Source: Eledone cirrhosa
Taxonomy: Eukaryota
Direction of reading: 5' to 3'
DNA: 64,000 bases
Assembly (NCBI GenBank): GCA_964016885.1
Contig: OZ024762.1
Span: 12,214,001-12,278,000 of the forward strand
The translations under genes and the position numbers were made by a program. Position 1 is the first letter of the stretch. Each line of letters begins with the position of its first letter. The notes below the pieces were generated by a model, which had not been told where the DNA came from, did not search any database, and worked only from the letters and a program-made list of their open reading frames with translations. This document shows, in pieces, positions 49,683 through 62,862 of the stretch.

Positions 49683-50220
49683 GTAAGGTGGCCAACATAA
49701 CCTTCTCTTCTTTTTCTCATTTATTCTCTTACTGTTTTCAGACACTGGACTGTGGCCATGCTAGGGCACTAATACCCATGTTTGTTTGTTTGTTGGTTTG
49801 TTTAGATGATGTGCTGGGGTTATTCGGACCCATGTCTGAAGTGATGTATCTCAGCTATGCCTTGCAGACAATATAGCCAGAGACACCCGCTGCATCAGAC
49901 ACTCTACTTCTACACCCTTGTCTAGATGGTGTATCTCAGCTGTGCCCTGTGGACAATATGGGGAAGGGCTTACAACAAAAAACCGCCAGAGATACCAGCT
50001 ATGTAAAGGCCCTATTAAGTAGCTCAGGCTTCAGAAGGCCCCAGTTGTGATGGGAAACCAGCCATGTAAAGGCCCTGATAAGTACCTCAAGTTTCAGGCA
50101 GTGAATTAGCGGAAGCCTTAGAGAACTTGTAGTAATGAACTTGGAGGTTAATTTAATCATCATCATCATCATGATCAACATCATCTTTTGTTTATTTTAT
50201 TGTTGTTATTGTTGTTGTAG

Positions 50221-51249
50221 ATCTCAGGAGCAGAATTGCAAATGAAAACCAGGAAAATCAATATGGAAGTCGTCCTTCAGCTAAAGCTTTCATTATAACC
50301 CAGTCAGCGGCCGTTAATGATGTCAACCAGACATCGGGGACAACAAAGACAGCGGTCAACATTAACGAGGTCCTCAGCGGGAAACCTCCTGTCGACAGGA
50401 AACCCCCCATCGGTGGTGGTGGTGGTGGTGGTGTCCAGCACATCACGATGGGGAAACTTAAGGACATGTTCACCTCGCATATCCTGCCTCTCAAATGCGA
50501 CATTTCGAACGAGAACGTTAGCAAGAAGAAGCCGGAGAGGCAGGATCTCCCGACGTGCAGCGGCGGCGAGGTGGAGCTGCTGAAGCCGCCCATGGCCATC
50601 CACGTAGACAAGACACCGACTGACGAGGACATCAACCTGGTGTGGCAGAAAGTGAAGTTGTGCCTCAGTCAGAAGCTTACGCCCCGACAGCAGCAACTGC
50701 ACCAACAGAAGCAACAACAACAACAACAGCTACTACAGGAGCACCACCATCAATACCATCAACAACAGCAGCAGCACCATCAATATCAGCAGCAACAACA
50801 ACAACAACAACAGCAACTACTACAACAGCAGCAACTTCAGCAATTTCAGCAACAAAAACAGCATCAGCAGCAACAACAGCTGCTGCAATGTAACCAGCAG
50901 ATCATTGCATATGCTGCACACTCGAACAGGCGACCACTCAGCGGTAAGATGACAGGCTGGAGCAACACCGTGAGTGGCACTCAACAGCAAGGGGTCAGCC
51001 TCGATAAGTTCAACTCGTTGGAGAAGGGCAGCAATCTCAGTTCCTACTCGAGACAACTGTCTCTCCTGCAACAGAAGAACAAACAGCAACAGTTTAGTAA
51101 CTACAACAACAACTACAACAACAACTACAACAACATCAGCAACAACAACAACAACAACAACAATGGAAGTGATGTGGAGAGCAGAACAGAGACTGACAAA
51201 GGGACAGTCGTGAGTAAGGTGAAGCCAATACACAGTGGCGACTCGTGTG
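50221..51249 (+). CDS. CEP126: CEP126-like exon with polyQ/polyN tracts
   Basis: VDKTPTDEDINLVWQKVKLCL conserved block; gtgagt donor; phase 1/1. Confidence 0.8.
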
Positions 51250-51649
51250 GTGAGTAGTGGCTATAATCCATCTCCCCGTCAATGTCAGTGAGTCGCCTCA
51301 CTCTCTGACACCCCCCCCCCCCCCCCCCCCCCCCCCCTCACACACCCTCCCCACCTTCAACGCACCCCTCCCCCACCCTCAACATCCACCCCCGACCTTC
51401 TACCCCCTCTCACCCCCCCTCCCCCCAATCACCCCCCCCCCCACTTCGTACCCTCCTACCCTCATCACATCCGCCCACCTTCATTACAACCTCCCACCCT
51501 CAGCATCCCCTCTCAGCACCCACCCTCAACACAATCTCCCCCCATCAACCCCCCCCATCCTCAACACAACCCCCCCCCTCATCCCCCTCACCCTCAACAC
51601 CCCTCCCTCCACCCTTATCATACCCAAATTCTCTATCACCTTGTTTCAG

Positions 51650-51796
51650 CCCTCACTGAAAGCCTGGCAGGGTTCCTTCGAGCAGAGGAGTGCTCTAAAC
51701 TGGTGCACATCACAGACAAACAGATGATGGATGCCGTCGACTGCACTGCAACCGAGCAGAAGTTGCGCAACAGAAGACACAGGGTGCACATTAAAG
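51650..51796 (+). CDS. CEP126: CEP126-like exon
   Basis: LTESLAGFLRAEE resembles VSxSTxxFLxAE; phase 1/1. Confidence 0.8.
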
Positions 51797-52082
51797 GTAA
51801 CTATCATACGTCACATCTCTCCTCTCTTTCCAGCCCCCCAGCCTCCCCCCCCCCCTCCTCATTCCCCCTGCCCTTCATTCTGGCTGGTCTCAGGACAACC
51901 CCCCCCCACCCACCCCCCACACACACACACACCTGTTGGGAAAGCTGTGTGTTAGGGTGTGATTTGAAGGAGACTCGGCTACTCTTTCTAGCAGAGCAAG
52001 GCACAGTGGAATGGTAACCCTTGTAACTGTATCGTTTTGTAAAATTGTGAGTGAAATAGAAATGTCTTTGCTGTGTTTCCAG

Positions 52083-52154
52083 GTCCAACAATAATATCAC
52101 TTGAAGAACAGCGACTTATGGAATCCCTTGAGAGGATCAACAACAAATTAAAAG
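52083..52154 (+). CDS. CEP126: CEP126-like exon (C-terminal motif)
   Basis: ISLEEQRLMESLERINNKLK resembles LSxEEQKILESLxxLNERL; phase 1/1. Confidence 0.85.
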
Positions 52155-52235
52155 GTAAGGTTTATTTACCTGGAGAGGAATGTGCTTGACCAGGTGTAAT
52201 ATGCCCAAGATGCACCATGTATAATAATTGTTTCT

Positions 52236-52690
52236 ACTTTTGGCACAAGGCCAGCAATTATCCCAGTGGTACTTTATTTTATTGTACAGTGGTACTTTAT
52301 TTTATTGTACAGTGGTACTTTATTTTATTTGGTACAAGGCCAGCAATTATCCCAGTGGTACTTTATTTTATTGTACAGTGGTACTTTATTTTATTGTACA
52401 GTGGTACTTTATTTTATTGTACAGTGGTACTTTATTTTATTTGGTACAAGGCCAGCAATTATCCCAGTGGTACTTTATTTTATTGTACAGTGGTACTTTA
52501 TTTTATTGTACAGTGGTACTTTATTTTATTGTACAGTGGTACTTTATTTTATTGTACAGTGGTACTTTATTTTATTTGGTACAAGGCCAGCAATTATCCC
52601 AGTGGTACTTTATTTTATTGTACAGTGGTACTTTATTTTATTTGGCACAAGGCCAGCAATTATCCCACTGGTACTTTATTTTATTGACCC
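52236..52690. repeat. Compound 23-bp array expanded inside a SINE B tail
   Basis: gtggtactttattttattgtaca units interleaved with ggtacaaggccagcaattatccca. Confidence 0.88.
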
Positions 52691-52827
52691 CGTAAGGATG
52701 AAAGGCAGAGTTCACCTCGGTGGAATTTGAACTCAGATCATAAAGGGTCGTAACTCTATGCAGGCGGGAGAAGCATGGCGTCTGACCTTCTACCGATACT
52801 GCCAATCCACACCATGTATAATAATAG

Positions 52828-53005
52828 GCTAGGAGAAGTTTAGCGAACCTGAACCACTGCTGACAACAGTGGGCTTCTTTCTCAGAGCGAAGGGTAAACT
52901 GTATGACGCCTGCATGCAAACTGTAATGCTACTTAGCAGTGAAATATCGCCCTCGACTGCAGAAAACCTGTGAAGGCTAGAAAGAAAGGAAGCAAGTATG
53001 TTCTA
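52828..53005 (+). mobile_element. RTE LINE fragment
   Basis: KGKLYDACMQTVML...RLERKEASM homologous to the 45.8-46.0 kb region. Confidence 0.7.
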
Positions 53006-53140
53006 CTACAGTGGTCTCCAACCTTTTTTATACCTCGGACTGGCTTCATGCCGGACAATCTTTCCACAGACCAGTAGTTGCACATATGTGTTGTTTAAGT
53101 GCATTTCGATAAATTCTTTAACTTTTAACTTACACATTAA

Positions 53141-53573
53141 CCCTTTAGCATTTACATTACTTTTACTATTTTATTTTCACAGTAAAAGCCTTATCTCACA
53201 TACACAGGCCCTATGAGAGTGGGGTCTAGCCGGTACTTTGTTCCAGGACCCAAGAGCTAAGAAGGCCCCACAGCAACCATACAACATCCATTTTGAGAAA
53301 AATCTTTGCCTGCTTCGGGCCCCAAAGTGGTCTTGTACCACCTTGCCAAATTTCTCTTAGAGGCTCTGTACATAATTATCTCACATAATACATACATTAC
53401 TCTATATTTACTATTCTAGTTTTACAGTAATATTGAATCTATGAGATTTTGATGATATTATTTATTTTGAGAACAATACCTTTACATCAGTATGAGTAAC
53501 TAGTTGCAACCGATTTGAACAGTAAGAGGTGAAAGAATTCTGGCCAGATATGGTCGGTTTAAATGCTAAAGGG
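53141..53573 (+). mobile_element. MITE family 1 with a nested ~165-bp insertion
   Basis: TTAA|CCCTTTAGCATTTA...TAAATGCTAAAGGG|TGAA. Confidence 0.75.
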
Positions 53574-53631
53574 TGAATCCAAACTGATCTTTTTGTCTTT
53601 TTTTTCTTTTTTCTTCTTTTTTTTACGCTAG

Positions 53632-53657
53632 CTTCAAGAATTACGAAATACCAGTGA
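53632..53657 (+). CDS. CEP126: CEP126-like probable terminal coding exon
   Basis: Long polypyrimidine tract plus tag acceptor, (A)SRITKYQ-TGA; AATAAA at 54095. Confidence 0.6.
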
Positions 53658-54169
53658 ACATAATCTTTGAATATCCTGAAGACTGTAATCTCATTGACAA
53701 GAATTGAACTGTGATATCGTCATCACCATCATCACCAACATCATCACCAACATCGCCATCGTTTAACGTCGCTTTCCCTGCTAACAAGGGTTAATATATT
53801 TAAATGTATTTTTCCACGACCACAAAATATACAACAAACAAAGGAAAAAGAAAAATACTCTAAAATACAAAATTTTCTAAACTAATCGTGAAATATTTGT
53901 GGATAATTTCAAGGTCGGCGTATTGTGGGCCTGAAAAGCAAATTAAAGGGAAAATTCTAATTATACAATTAATTAATGATTTCTAATTGTATTGTTAATA
54001 TATTTATATGTATTATTTAATTAAATAATGACAATGTTATGCTATTTTATATTAAGTTCAATATATAGCAAAAATTAAAAAAATATGAAAGCGAAATAAA
54101 TACATATATAAAGAAAAACATGTCTTTGTTTGTGCTTTAACCCTTTCATGGCCACGTTTCTAATGAAAT

Positions 54170-54524
54170 CATTATCATCATCATCATCATCATCATCATC
54201 ATTTTACGTCCGCCTTTCCCTGCTTGCAAGGGTAGGACAGGAACTCATTCTGGCTTGATTTCTACAGCTGGATGCCCTTCCTGACACCAACCTCATTTAC
54301 AGTGAGTGCTGGGTGCTTTTTTTCCGTGGCGCCTACACGTCCACTTTGCAGTGGAATGATATAGACCCCAGTCCCTATCATCTCATTTCTATAGCTGAGT
54401 AAACTGGAGCAATGTGAAATAAAGTGTCTTGCTCATGGAAACAACACATCATCCGGTCTGAGAACTGAACTCACAACCTTTCAATTACAAGGTCAATGCT
54501 CTAACCACTAAGCCATGTGCCTCC
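54170..54524 (-). mobile_element. SINE family A
   Basis: Reverse complement copy. Confidence 0.85.
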
Positions 54525-54599
54525 AAATACATATTTTAATTAATTCATGAAGAATTTTGGATTATTTAGTAAAAGTATTAATTATTTCATTACTAAGAT

Positions 54600-55053
54600 A
54601 GGCTGGTTATATGATGCCTAGGTGAGATGCATGGTAGTGAGACATGGGCAGCAACTGCAGAGGATATGTGATGGCTGGAGAGAAATTAAGTAAGCATGCT
54701 CTGTTGGATGTGCAATGTCAATGTGCGTGAATGACCAAGCATCAGCATAGATAAGTTGAGAGAGAAACTGGGTATAAGAGGGATAAGCCGTAGTGTGTGG
54801 GAGAGATGACTGCGTTGGTATGGACATGTGATGCACATGGAGGATGACCGCTGGGTAAAGAAGTGCCAAGAAATCCCAGTAGAAGGAAGACGCAGTAGAG
54901 GAAGACCACGAAAAACATGGGCGGAAGTGGAGAGAGCTGACCTCAGATCACTGAAGCTGACGGAGATGATGACGAATGGAGTGATGCTGTTCTGAATAGG
55001 ACCCGTCCCATCCTTGCAGGCAGGGAAAAGTAGACGTAAAATGATGATGATGA
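54600..55053 (+). mobile_element. Degraded RTE LINE 3' end with (GAT)n tail
   Basis: LRWYGHVMHM, RGRPRKTW, tail gacgtaaaatgatgatgat. Confidence 0.8.
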
Positions 55054-57131
55054 TAACTTAATGTAAGGTTCTTATATAAGATTATGTTGGAAGATTTTAT
55101 TTAAACTGGGTCGATAAAGAACTAGTCAAATACTGGGGTTGATGTAAATGACTTTCTCTTCTCCTCCTCAAAATTGTTGTCTTTGTGCCTAAATTAGAAA
55201 CCATTATTAAGAAATGTACTGGGTAATTGCTGGCCTTGTGCCTAAAGTAGAAACAATTATTAAGAAAGTTAAGTCAGAGTTGTTAGTACGTCAGATTGTC
55301 AGGGTTTGTGGAGTTTCATCCAACTCTCTGCTCTCTCAATTCGAATCCTGCCGAGTTCAATGCTGCATTTCAGCCCTTTGAGGTCGATAAAAGGGAGTAC
55401 CTGTCTAGAACTGGGGTCAATTCTTCCTTTATATCTCCTCATTTCCTCTCACTCACTTTCTGTCACTTTCTATCTTCAGACCTACCAACCTCTAAAAAAC
55501 CAAATGAGGAGTACCATGAAAAAAAAGTGCCCCAAAACGGGAAGAAATGAGGCAAAATGGGGAGATTTTATATAATTGTTTCTACTTTAGGCACAAGGCC
55601 AGCAATTACCCAGTGCATTACTGGTACTTTATTTTATCGACCCCGTAAGGATGAAAGGCAAAGTCAACCTCGGCGGGATTTGAACTCAGATCGTAAAGGG
55701 ACGTAACTATGCTGGAAAGCATGGCGTCCGACCCTCTACCGATACTGCCAATCCACCACCCTTTTTATAATGAAAGCTATACCCATTTTCACTAGAGAAG
55801 ACATTTCTCAGCCATCTTAAAGTGGGTGGGAGATCTCCCTGTCGGACGGGAAGAGTTGACAGGTCTGTATCCTTCTCTAGAAAAAAATCTGCCGTACTCA
55901 GGCCTGGAGAGGAGATAGGGCTCTGCCACGTTCAAAAATGCCGTAAGAAACGCTGTATGCCAGTACGTTGACCCTACAATTCCACCGGGGGCTGTGGGAC
56001 TGCCAACACGGGGAACCCCATTTGCTCACTATACAGAGAGATGGGAGTTCGGCACTTCCGTGTTCGGACACATTGCCCCTGTCGCGTGGATCATGTGATA
56101 ACTCCACCAGGAGTTACAGGACCATACCATTAAGAGAGTTATGAGGAAACAAAGTAGGAAGTTGAAGCAGGCATTACACGCGATCATAAGACTACTCGAC
56201 CAGACTTGACCTGGGGTTAAACGACAATAACAACTACGTTTGATTAATGCTCACTTTTTATTCTATCTTTTTGTTTTGTGTGGTTTATTTTAATCTTTTC
56301 TTTACTAAAGATTATCTTCTTTTTTTTTTTACTAATCCCCCACCCCCCGCCGCCCTGCCACCCTTGCCCTCTCATTAAATAGAATGATGATGATGATGAT
56401 GATTATGGGGATGGTGGTGATGGTGGAAATATGTATTCTGAAAAATAACCAAGCACAGAAGAAAAAAACATTATAGCCGGCGGGGAGATAGGTTGGTCGG
56501 TCGGGGAAAAAGGGGACAGAAAAATTATATATATATATATATTATATATACACTATATATATATATAGAGAGAGAGAGATTATATATACTTTATCGAATA
56601 TAACAGCAGTTTAATTAGGTAGTTTGAAGTTTCGGGTGCCGGGCGTTTAAGTGTATAAAGTAATACATTGTAGAGGGTAAACCAGCACCACTACTATTAC
56701 CACCTCCAGCACCACGGCCTCCACCACCAAGTTCACTACCACCACCACCATCATGGCCTCCACCGCCGGGACTACCAAGTTCACCACCACTACCACCACG
56801 GCCTCCACTACCACCACCACCACCACCACTAATACTACCACCACTATCACAATTGTCACTAAACTGTCCGTTCTCACGGCATACCTGTAGCTAAAGACAT
56901 ATTTTCGTGTCACAAGAATGTATATACACACACATGTATATATATATATATACACACACATATATATGTGTGTATATAATTTAGTGAACAGTTTAACTAG
57001 ATAGATAGTACAAGAGCAAGGAAGAAAATGCATTATGGAAAAATGGTTCGACTTTCTTCGTTCAGGTAAAATAATTACAAAACAACACAATATTATATAT
57101 ATATGTACTTTTAGCTATTGTTTATATATAC

Positions 57132-57180
<49 letters not shown>

Positions 57181-57936
57181 GTGCCTCGTCTGCCTTAAAA
57201 ATGTGAGAGGGACAAACCAACATTTGTTGATTCTTAAAGGACCATAAATTACCTATGGTGCCTTTCCCGGACCCTATCACATAAGTAACATTTTACGCTA
57301 ATTAAATTTTATATATTTAAATGAAGTTCAGATATAAAAATAATAAGCTTAAAAAGAATTTATTATATCAAATAAACAAAAAATAAAATATAGACGTTTG
57401 AAAAAGTTGGGGGTTACTTGTCCCCTGGTACCCATGAAACAAGGCCCTTGTATATATATATATATATATCGACAGTCGATCGACTTTCGTCAAATCGGAC
57501 CGAGGAAACAATGTTTCCATCGGTCTTTCCAATTGCTAATACTATCTATCGGTCGCTAATACCATCCGGTCTGGGAATCGAACTCACAACCTCACGATAA
57601 CAAATCCAATTTTCTAACCACTCAATGTGTGTGTGTGTGTGTGTGTGTGGTCTACCGTTGTAGACGGTATGATCGAACCCATATATTATGTCTGATAATA
57701 TACAGTTCTCCAACTGCTATAGATGAGTCAATATATCAATATGATCAACCTCCCGAAACGATCGTAAAACAATGAAAGAATTTTGTAAAATAACTTGCCT
57801 TTCTTATTATCATTGTTAAACTAATATCTTATATATATATATATATATATATAGGTAAGTTATTCCGGGTTAAATCGGAGGTAACCACAGTAAATAAGGT
57901 ACTCAATACATAGCAGAGTATAAAAGTTTTAATATG

Positions 57937-58041
57937 GAAGAGATTCTACAGGACTAGAACTGTTTCATTCGTGAGAAATCATCAGGAATCTCCTGCTGAT
58001 TTCTCACGAATGAAACAGTTCTAGTCCGGTAGAATCTCTTC
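57937..58041. repeat. Near-perfect 105-bp palindrome
   Basis: gaagagattctac...tcatcagga / tcctgctga...gtagaatctcttc; two mismatches. Confidence 0.9.
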
Positions 58042-59032
58042 TATATATATATATATATAGTGTATGTGATTCAGTGTCGGGCACTCTGTCGTTCTATCTA
58101 TTTACATTTACATGACAATACTTCGTTTTAAGCTCACAGGCAACGTGGCAACTTCCAGTAATTTCCGTGAGAGTAAAAAAAATGACAATATGACAATTCT
58201 TTTTAAAATTCTTTATAAACATAATCGTAATCTACACTTTCGAATATATATCTTTGCAAAATATATATTATTGACAAAGTTATGAGGAAATTGTTGTTAT
58301 TCTTGTTCTAGTTGCTATTGTTGCTGTTGTTGGCGTTATTGCTACTAGGGGTTGCTACTGGTGTTACCCGCCAACTTCCTTGAAGGACAGGCACTTATTA
58401 TCAACCTGGTGGTCATGGCGAAAGAGGTGGAAGCATGGTGGAAGCATGCGAAAGGGTTGAAGATAGCCATTTTCCTCTTCAACGAAGTCCTGATTGACTT
58501 TTTCAGGTTTCACTTGAAGACGAAAATCAGGATGAAGAGGGAAGTGCTGCCTTCCATCCAGTTTGTTGAGAGTGGTGAACATATGGTTCATATGAATGGA
58601 CCTGTCTTGAGCATACGTCTGTAGATTGGAGAAAAACTGGGGGGGGGGGCTTTACCCTAGCGGACAGGGTGGTCGTGGCTTTTGTCTTCAATAATAACAG
58701 TACTGTTTTGTTTTGTTGTTCATAGTTTTCTTTCTTTTTTTATATTAGACATATAAACACTTTCAGGTGTTTGTTTACACAGGGCTGGATTAATCGTTAA
58801 ACAAAATAAAGCAGGCCTATGACATCAAGGGACGAGGGGCAACATTTTATTCATATTAAGGGATCCAGCTGACAACCAACCTTTGGTTTTCTTATCACAT
58901 AGTCTCTTGACGAGCCGTATGCCCACAAATGAGTTACAGTTATTAGTAAATATACACATGAAAATGGCATGGTGTTGCACACACACGTATATATATATAT
59001 ATATTATTTATTTATTTATTTATTTATATATG

Positions 59033-59091
<59 letters not shown>

Positions 59092-59744
59092 ATTTATATA
59101 TATATATGTGTGTATTTATATAATATTTATATATATATGTGTATTTATATATGTATGTATTTATATATGTATATATATATGTATATATATATGTATGTAT
59201 GTATTTATATATGTATATATATGTATGTATTTATATATGTATATATATGTATGTATTTATATATGTATATATATGTATGTATTTATATATGTATATATAT
59301 GTATGTATTTATATATGTATATATATGTATGTATTTATATAAGTATATATATATGTATGTATGTATTTATATATGTATATGCAACCTGTCCCATGGTCGG
59401 GTCGTTGGCGACTAAACTGGCAACCCCACCAAAGTTTCTTGGTGAGGAGGGTAACTTTGGACATCCTGCAGGAATAAAAACAAAACCTGTCAAAGGACAA
59501 AGGAGCTCTTAAGAATCAATGGCCATCCAAAATCACCGGGAGAGATGACCTCTTAGCCTTTGTCAAGGCAGAATTCTAGGAGAAGGAAAACTCTGATAGA
59601 ACACCTGCAACTCTGATGGTATCTAATGATGTTGACTTGTTCTTCTTTTTGGTAAATATCATCTTGGTTAAGAGAGTGGGACTGGCTTTGTGCAGTGCCT
59701 TTGCTCACTATAAAAGCTTCACGGCACAGGCATTGCTTTATATC

Positions 59745-59950
59745 TGGAGATCTCTCTGCACTTGTTGTCACATGGTACCATGGGCCCAGCACTATGTGTC
59801 AATGATTGTCACAAGTGTAGTGTTTGTACCAGAGTTTTCAAGTCGCTGGCTGGACTAAAAAGTCACACTCGTTCAGCGCATCGGTATGGGTTCTCCTACA
59901 TGGATATGAAGTAGTGGCCGTACTCGAAAACGAGTTGGCGGCCACCATAT
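59745..59950 (+). mobile_element. 3' end of an RTE/BovB-like LINE with C-terminal C2H2 finger, followed by (TATG)-rich tail
   Basis: [24 protein letters not shown] then microsatellite. Confidence 0.6.
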
Positions 59951-60176
59951 ATGTATATATGTATGTATTTATATATGTATATATATATGTATGTATTTAT
60001 ATATGTATGTATTTATATATGTATGTATTTATATGTATGTATTTATATATGTATGTATTTATATGTGTATATATATATGTATGTATTTATATATGTATAT
60101 ATATATATATGTATATATATATATGTATTTATATATATATATATATTGGTTTGTTATAGATAAAAATCATCAAATT

Positions 60177-60252
60177 ATGGCTGCAAGACCAGAGCAATAC
60201 TTGAAAGACAGACCTGTTGACAATGTTATATTCACTAATGATAATAAAGAAG
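60177..60252 (+). CDS. Dachs-like myosin, probable first coding exon (acceptor at 60159; the frame is also open upstream of the ATG)
   Basis: MAARPEQYLKDRPVDNVIFTNDNKE, gtaaga donor; phase 1 joins the next exon. Confidence 0.55.
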
Positions 60253-60334
60253 GTAAGATAGAATATTGTAGAGTAAACTATTTCCCCAGACTTGTTATTT
60301 CTAACTTATGACTTTTGTCATAAGTCTGTTGTAA

Positions 60335-60591
60335 CCTTTTACCATTTACATTACTCTATATATACTATTGTATTTTCACAGTAAAGGCTTTACCTCACAT
60401 AATATCTCACATAACATTTACATTACTCTATATATACTATTATATTTTGACTGTAAAGGCTTTACCTCACATAATATCTACATTACTCTATATTTACTAT
60501 TATATTTTCATGGTAAAGGCTTTACCTCATATAATATCTCACATAAATTCAAATACTGCGATATTTCATTGGAAATTTAGTCATGAAAAGG
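60335..60591 (+). mobile_element. MITE family 1 derivative with 2-3 units of the 72-bp repeat
   Basis: Same unit sequence; aaaagg|ttaa end. Confidence 0.7.
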
Positions 60592-60646
60592 TTAAACTTG
60601 AATTTAATCATTTATTTATTATTTTATTATTTTGGTATTATTGCAG

Positions 60647-60786
60647 ATGATCTGCTACGAGGACCTCAGCTGATCAACACTAACCAAGAAATGTCCGTAT
60701 CTGATGTTGTTCATTTGAAATATCCTGTTTTTGCAGAGAATGTCATTTCCTGTCTAGACTTGAGGTTCATTCGAGGACTACTTGAG
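60647..60786 (+). CDS. Dachs-like (class XX) myosin motor exon
   Basis: SDVVHLKYPVFAENVISCLDLRF resembles the myosin DLxxL...E..VL..L..RF block; phase 1/0. Confidence 0.75.
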
Positions 60787-60928
60787 GTATTTAACTCTTG
60801 ACATCCTGTACCAAAACAAACCACATTAGTAAGACAAGCTTGTACAGTACAAAACAGCAGCACCATGAGACTGCATCACATTAAAAGTTAAAGTCTGATA
60901 TTTCAAATATTTACAACAATCTGTCCAG

Positions 60929-61226
60929 TTGTACATGTCTGGCAGATGACTTGATCTGAGACTGTGTTGTACTTGTCTGGCAGATGACTTGATCTGAGAC
61001 TGTGTTGTACATGTCTGGCAGATAACTTGATCTGAGACTGTGTTGTACTTGTCTGGTAGATAACTTGATCTGAGATTGTGTTGTACTTGCCTGGCAGGTG
61101 ACTTGATCTGAGACTGTGTTGTACATGTCTAGCAGATGACTTGATCTGAGACTGTGTTGTACATGTCTGGCAGATAACTTGATCTGAGACTGTGTTGTAC
61201 ATGTCTGGCAGATGACTTGATGTGTT
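60929..61226. repeat. 38-bp minisatellite
   Basis: tgtacatgtctggcagatgacttgatctgagactgtgt, about 7.5 units. Confidence 0.9.
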
Positions 61227-61511
61227 GAAACTAAAACAGTTACATTATAGAAGAGACATTTTTCACTTTACATTTATCATATATTTTTTTGTTATAAAAT
61301 GTTCACACAGTTTGCGACCTGCAAGGAATATATCGAAAGTGAAGTCAACAATTTTTTTGTGTTTTTGAATGTTTAAAATGACTCATTCATGGTGTAATTA
61401 CTTATAAGTGACTGTCATCTTCAATTATATAAAATATACTTGATTTATGTCCATTAATTTTCTTCATTGCTACAGTCTTATATTTCATATTGTTTTTCTA
61501 TATTTCTACAG

Positions 61512-61681
61512 ACCTGGCTGGGGCCATCTCTGATTATCATGAACCCCTACACAAATGCAGTTAAAAGTAGTTCTGAAGTAAACCTAGAGGATAACAATAA
61601 CTTCCGTCTTCTCAAACATAAAGTAACGGAGGTCCTGCAGGAACTCTTTCAGACAAAACTCTCACAAACATTCATATTTCG
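61512..61681 (+). CDS. Dachs-like myosin motor exon
   Basis: TWLGPSLIIMNPY...SQTFIFR (TxxGPxLxxxNPY; QxIxxxG before the P-loop); phase 0/2. Confidence 0.85.
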
Positions 61682-62081
61682 GTTGGTAATACATATTTTT
61701 CTTGAATAAATATATAAATTGTGTGAAACCATTTTAATGGTATGAGAGCTGATGATGGTGAAGATGTGTGTAAACTTGTCTTGTACATCATCTTTCGTTA
61801 TTTCTTTCTTCCAGTCACTTCTGTACACCAACACACTTCTCCATGTCGTCCTTCTCTTTTAATTGTTTCTATATTTTATCTGCCTGTCACCGGTCTCGTG
61901 GTTTGTCTATCTGTTGGCCACTGGTTTCTGTCCCCTGAGGCATTTTTGTCCATCGCTGTCTTTGACAACATTTGGCTGTTTTAATGACTGTTCTAGCGAT
62001 GATTTTTCTCATTTTTATTTAAATACACTCTCGCTTCGTCTTGATCAGAGACAACATTATTTTCTCATTTATATATGTCTA

Positions 62082-62352
62082 TCATCATCATCATCATTTC
62101 ATTTTACGTCCGCTTTTTCCCTGCTTGCAAGGGTGGGGCGGGAACTCATTCTGGCTTGATTTCTACAGCTGGATGCCCTTCCTAACACCAACCTCATTTA
62201 CAGTGAGTGCTGGGTGCTTTTTTGCTGTGACACCTCCATGTCAACTTTGCAGTGGAATGATAGGGACCCCAGTCCTATCATCTCATTTCTACAGCTGAGT
62301 AAACTGGAGCAATGTGAAATAAGGTGTCTTGCTCAAGGAAACAACACATCAT
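62082..62352 (-). mobile_element. SINE family A, 5'-truncated
   Basis: Reverse complement copy lacking the tRNA head. Confidence 0.8.
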
Positions 62353-62684
62353 GTCCTATATATATATATAATGCACTGTAACATTTAGTTATGGCCCTTT
62401 ACATTCCAAATTCAAATTTCATCGAGGTTATCTTTGCCTTTCATCCTTGAAATGTAAATGGCCATAACTCTATGCCACAAAGCATGTTGTCTGATGCTCT
62501 ACCAATACTGTCAATCTACATCTACCGCCCTTAATAATAATAATAATTGATTCTGATTGAGGCACAAGGCCAGCAATTTTGGGGGATGGGGAAAGTTGAT
62601 TATATATATATATGTGTGTGTAGATTATATCTATATATATACACATATCTGTGGTTTATTTTCCCCTATCTATTGTTGTTTTAG

Positions 62685-62862
62685 AGGAGAAAGTGGCAGT
62701 GGTAAAAGTTACAGCTCCAGGCAGACATTGTCTGGTCTATTCTGCCAAACTAACCATGGATTGTCACGCTCCAGTTGTTTTACCAAAGTCACAGCAGCGT
62801 TGACCGTTCTTCGTTCATTAACCAATGTCTCTACCAGGTCAAACTCCGATAGCAGCCGTGTG
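62685..62862 (+). CDS. Dachs-like myosin exon with P-loop and switch I
   Basis: GESGSGKSY...AALTVLRSL...NSDSSRV; the AAxTVLRSL block is dachs-like; phase 2/0. Confidence 0.88.

Noticed and set aside
51308-51612. G-quadruplex-prone C-rich intron
   Set aside because: Low-complexity tract with possible homopolymer errors; nothing specific can be claimed.
57700-57770. Hammerhead-like GAAACGATCGTA motif
   Set aside because: The upstream core reads TAGATGA and helices I and II are not convincing; at best a decayed remnant.
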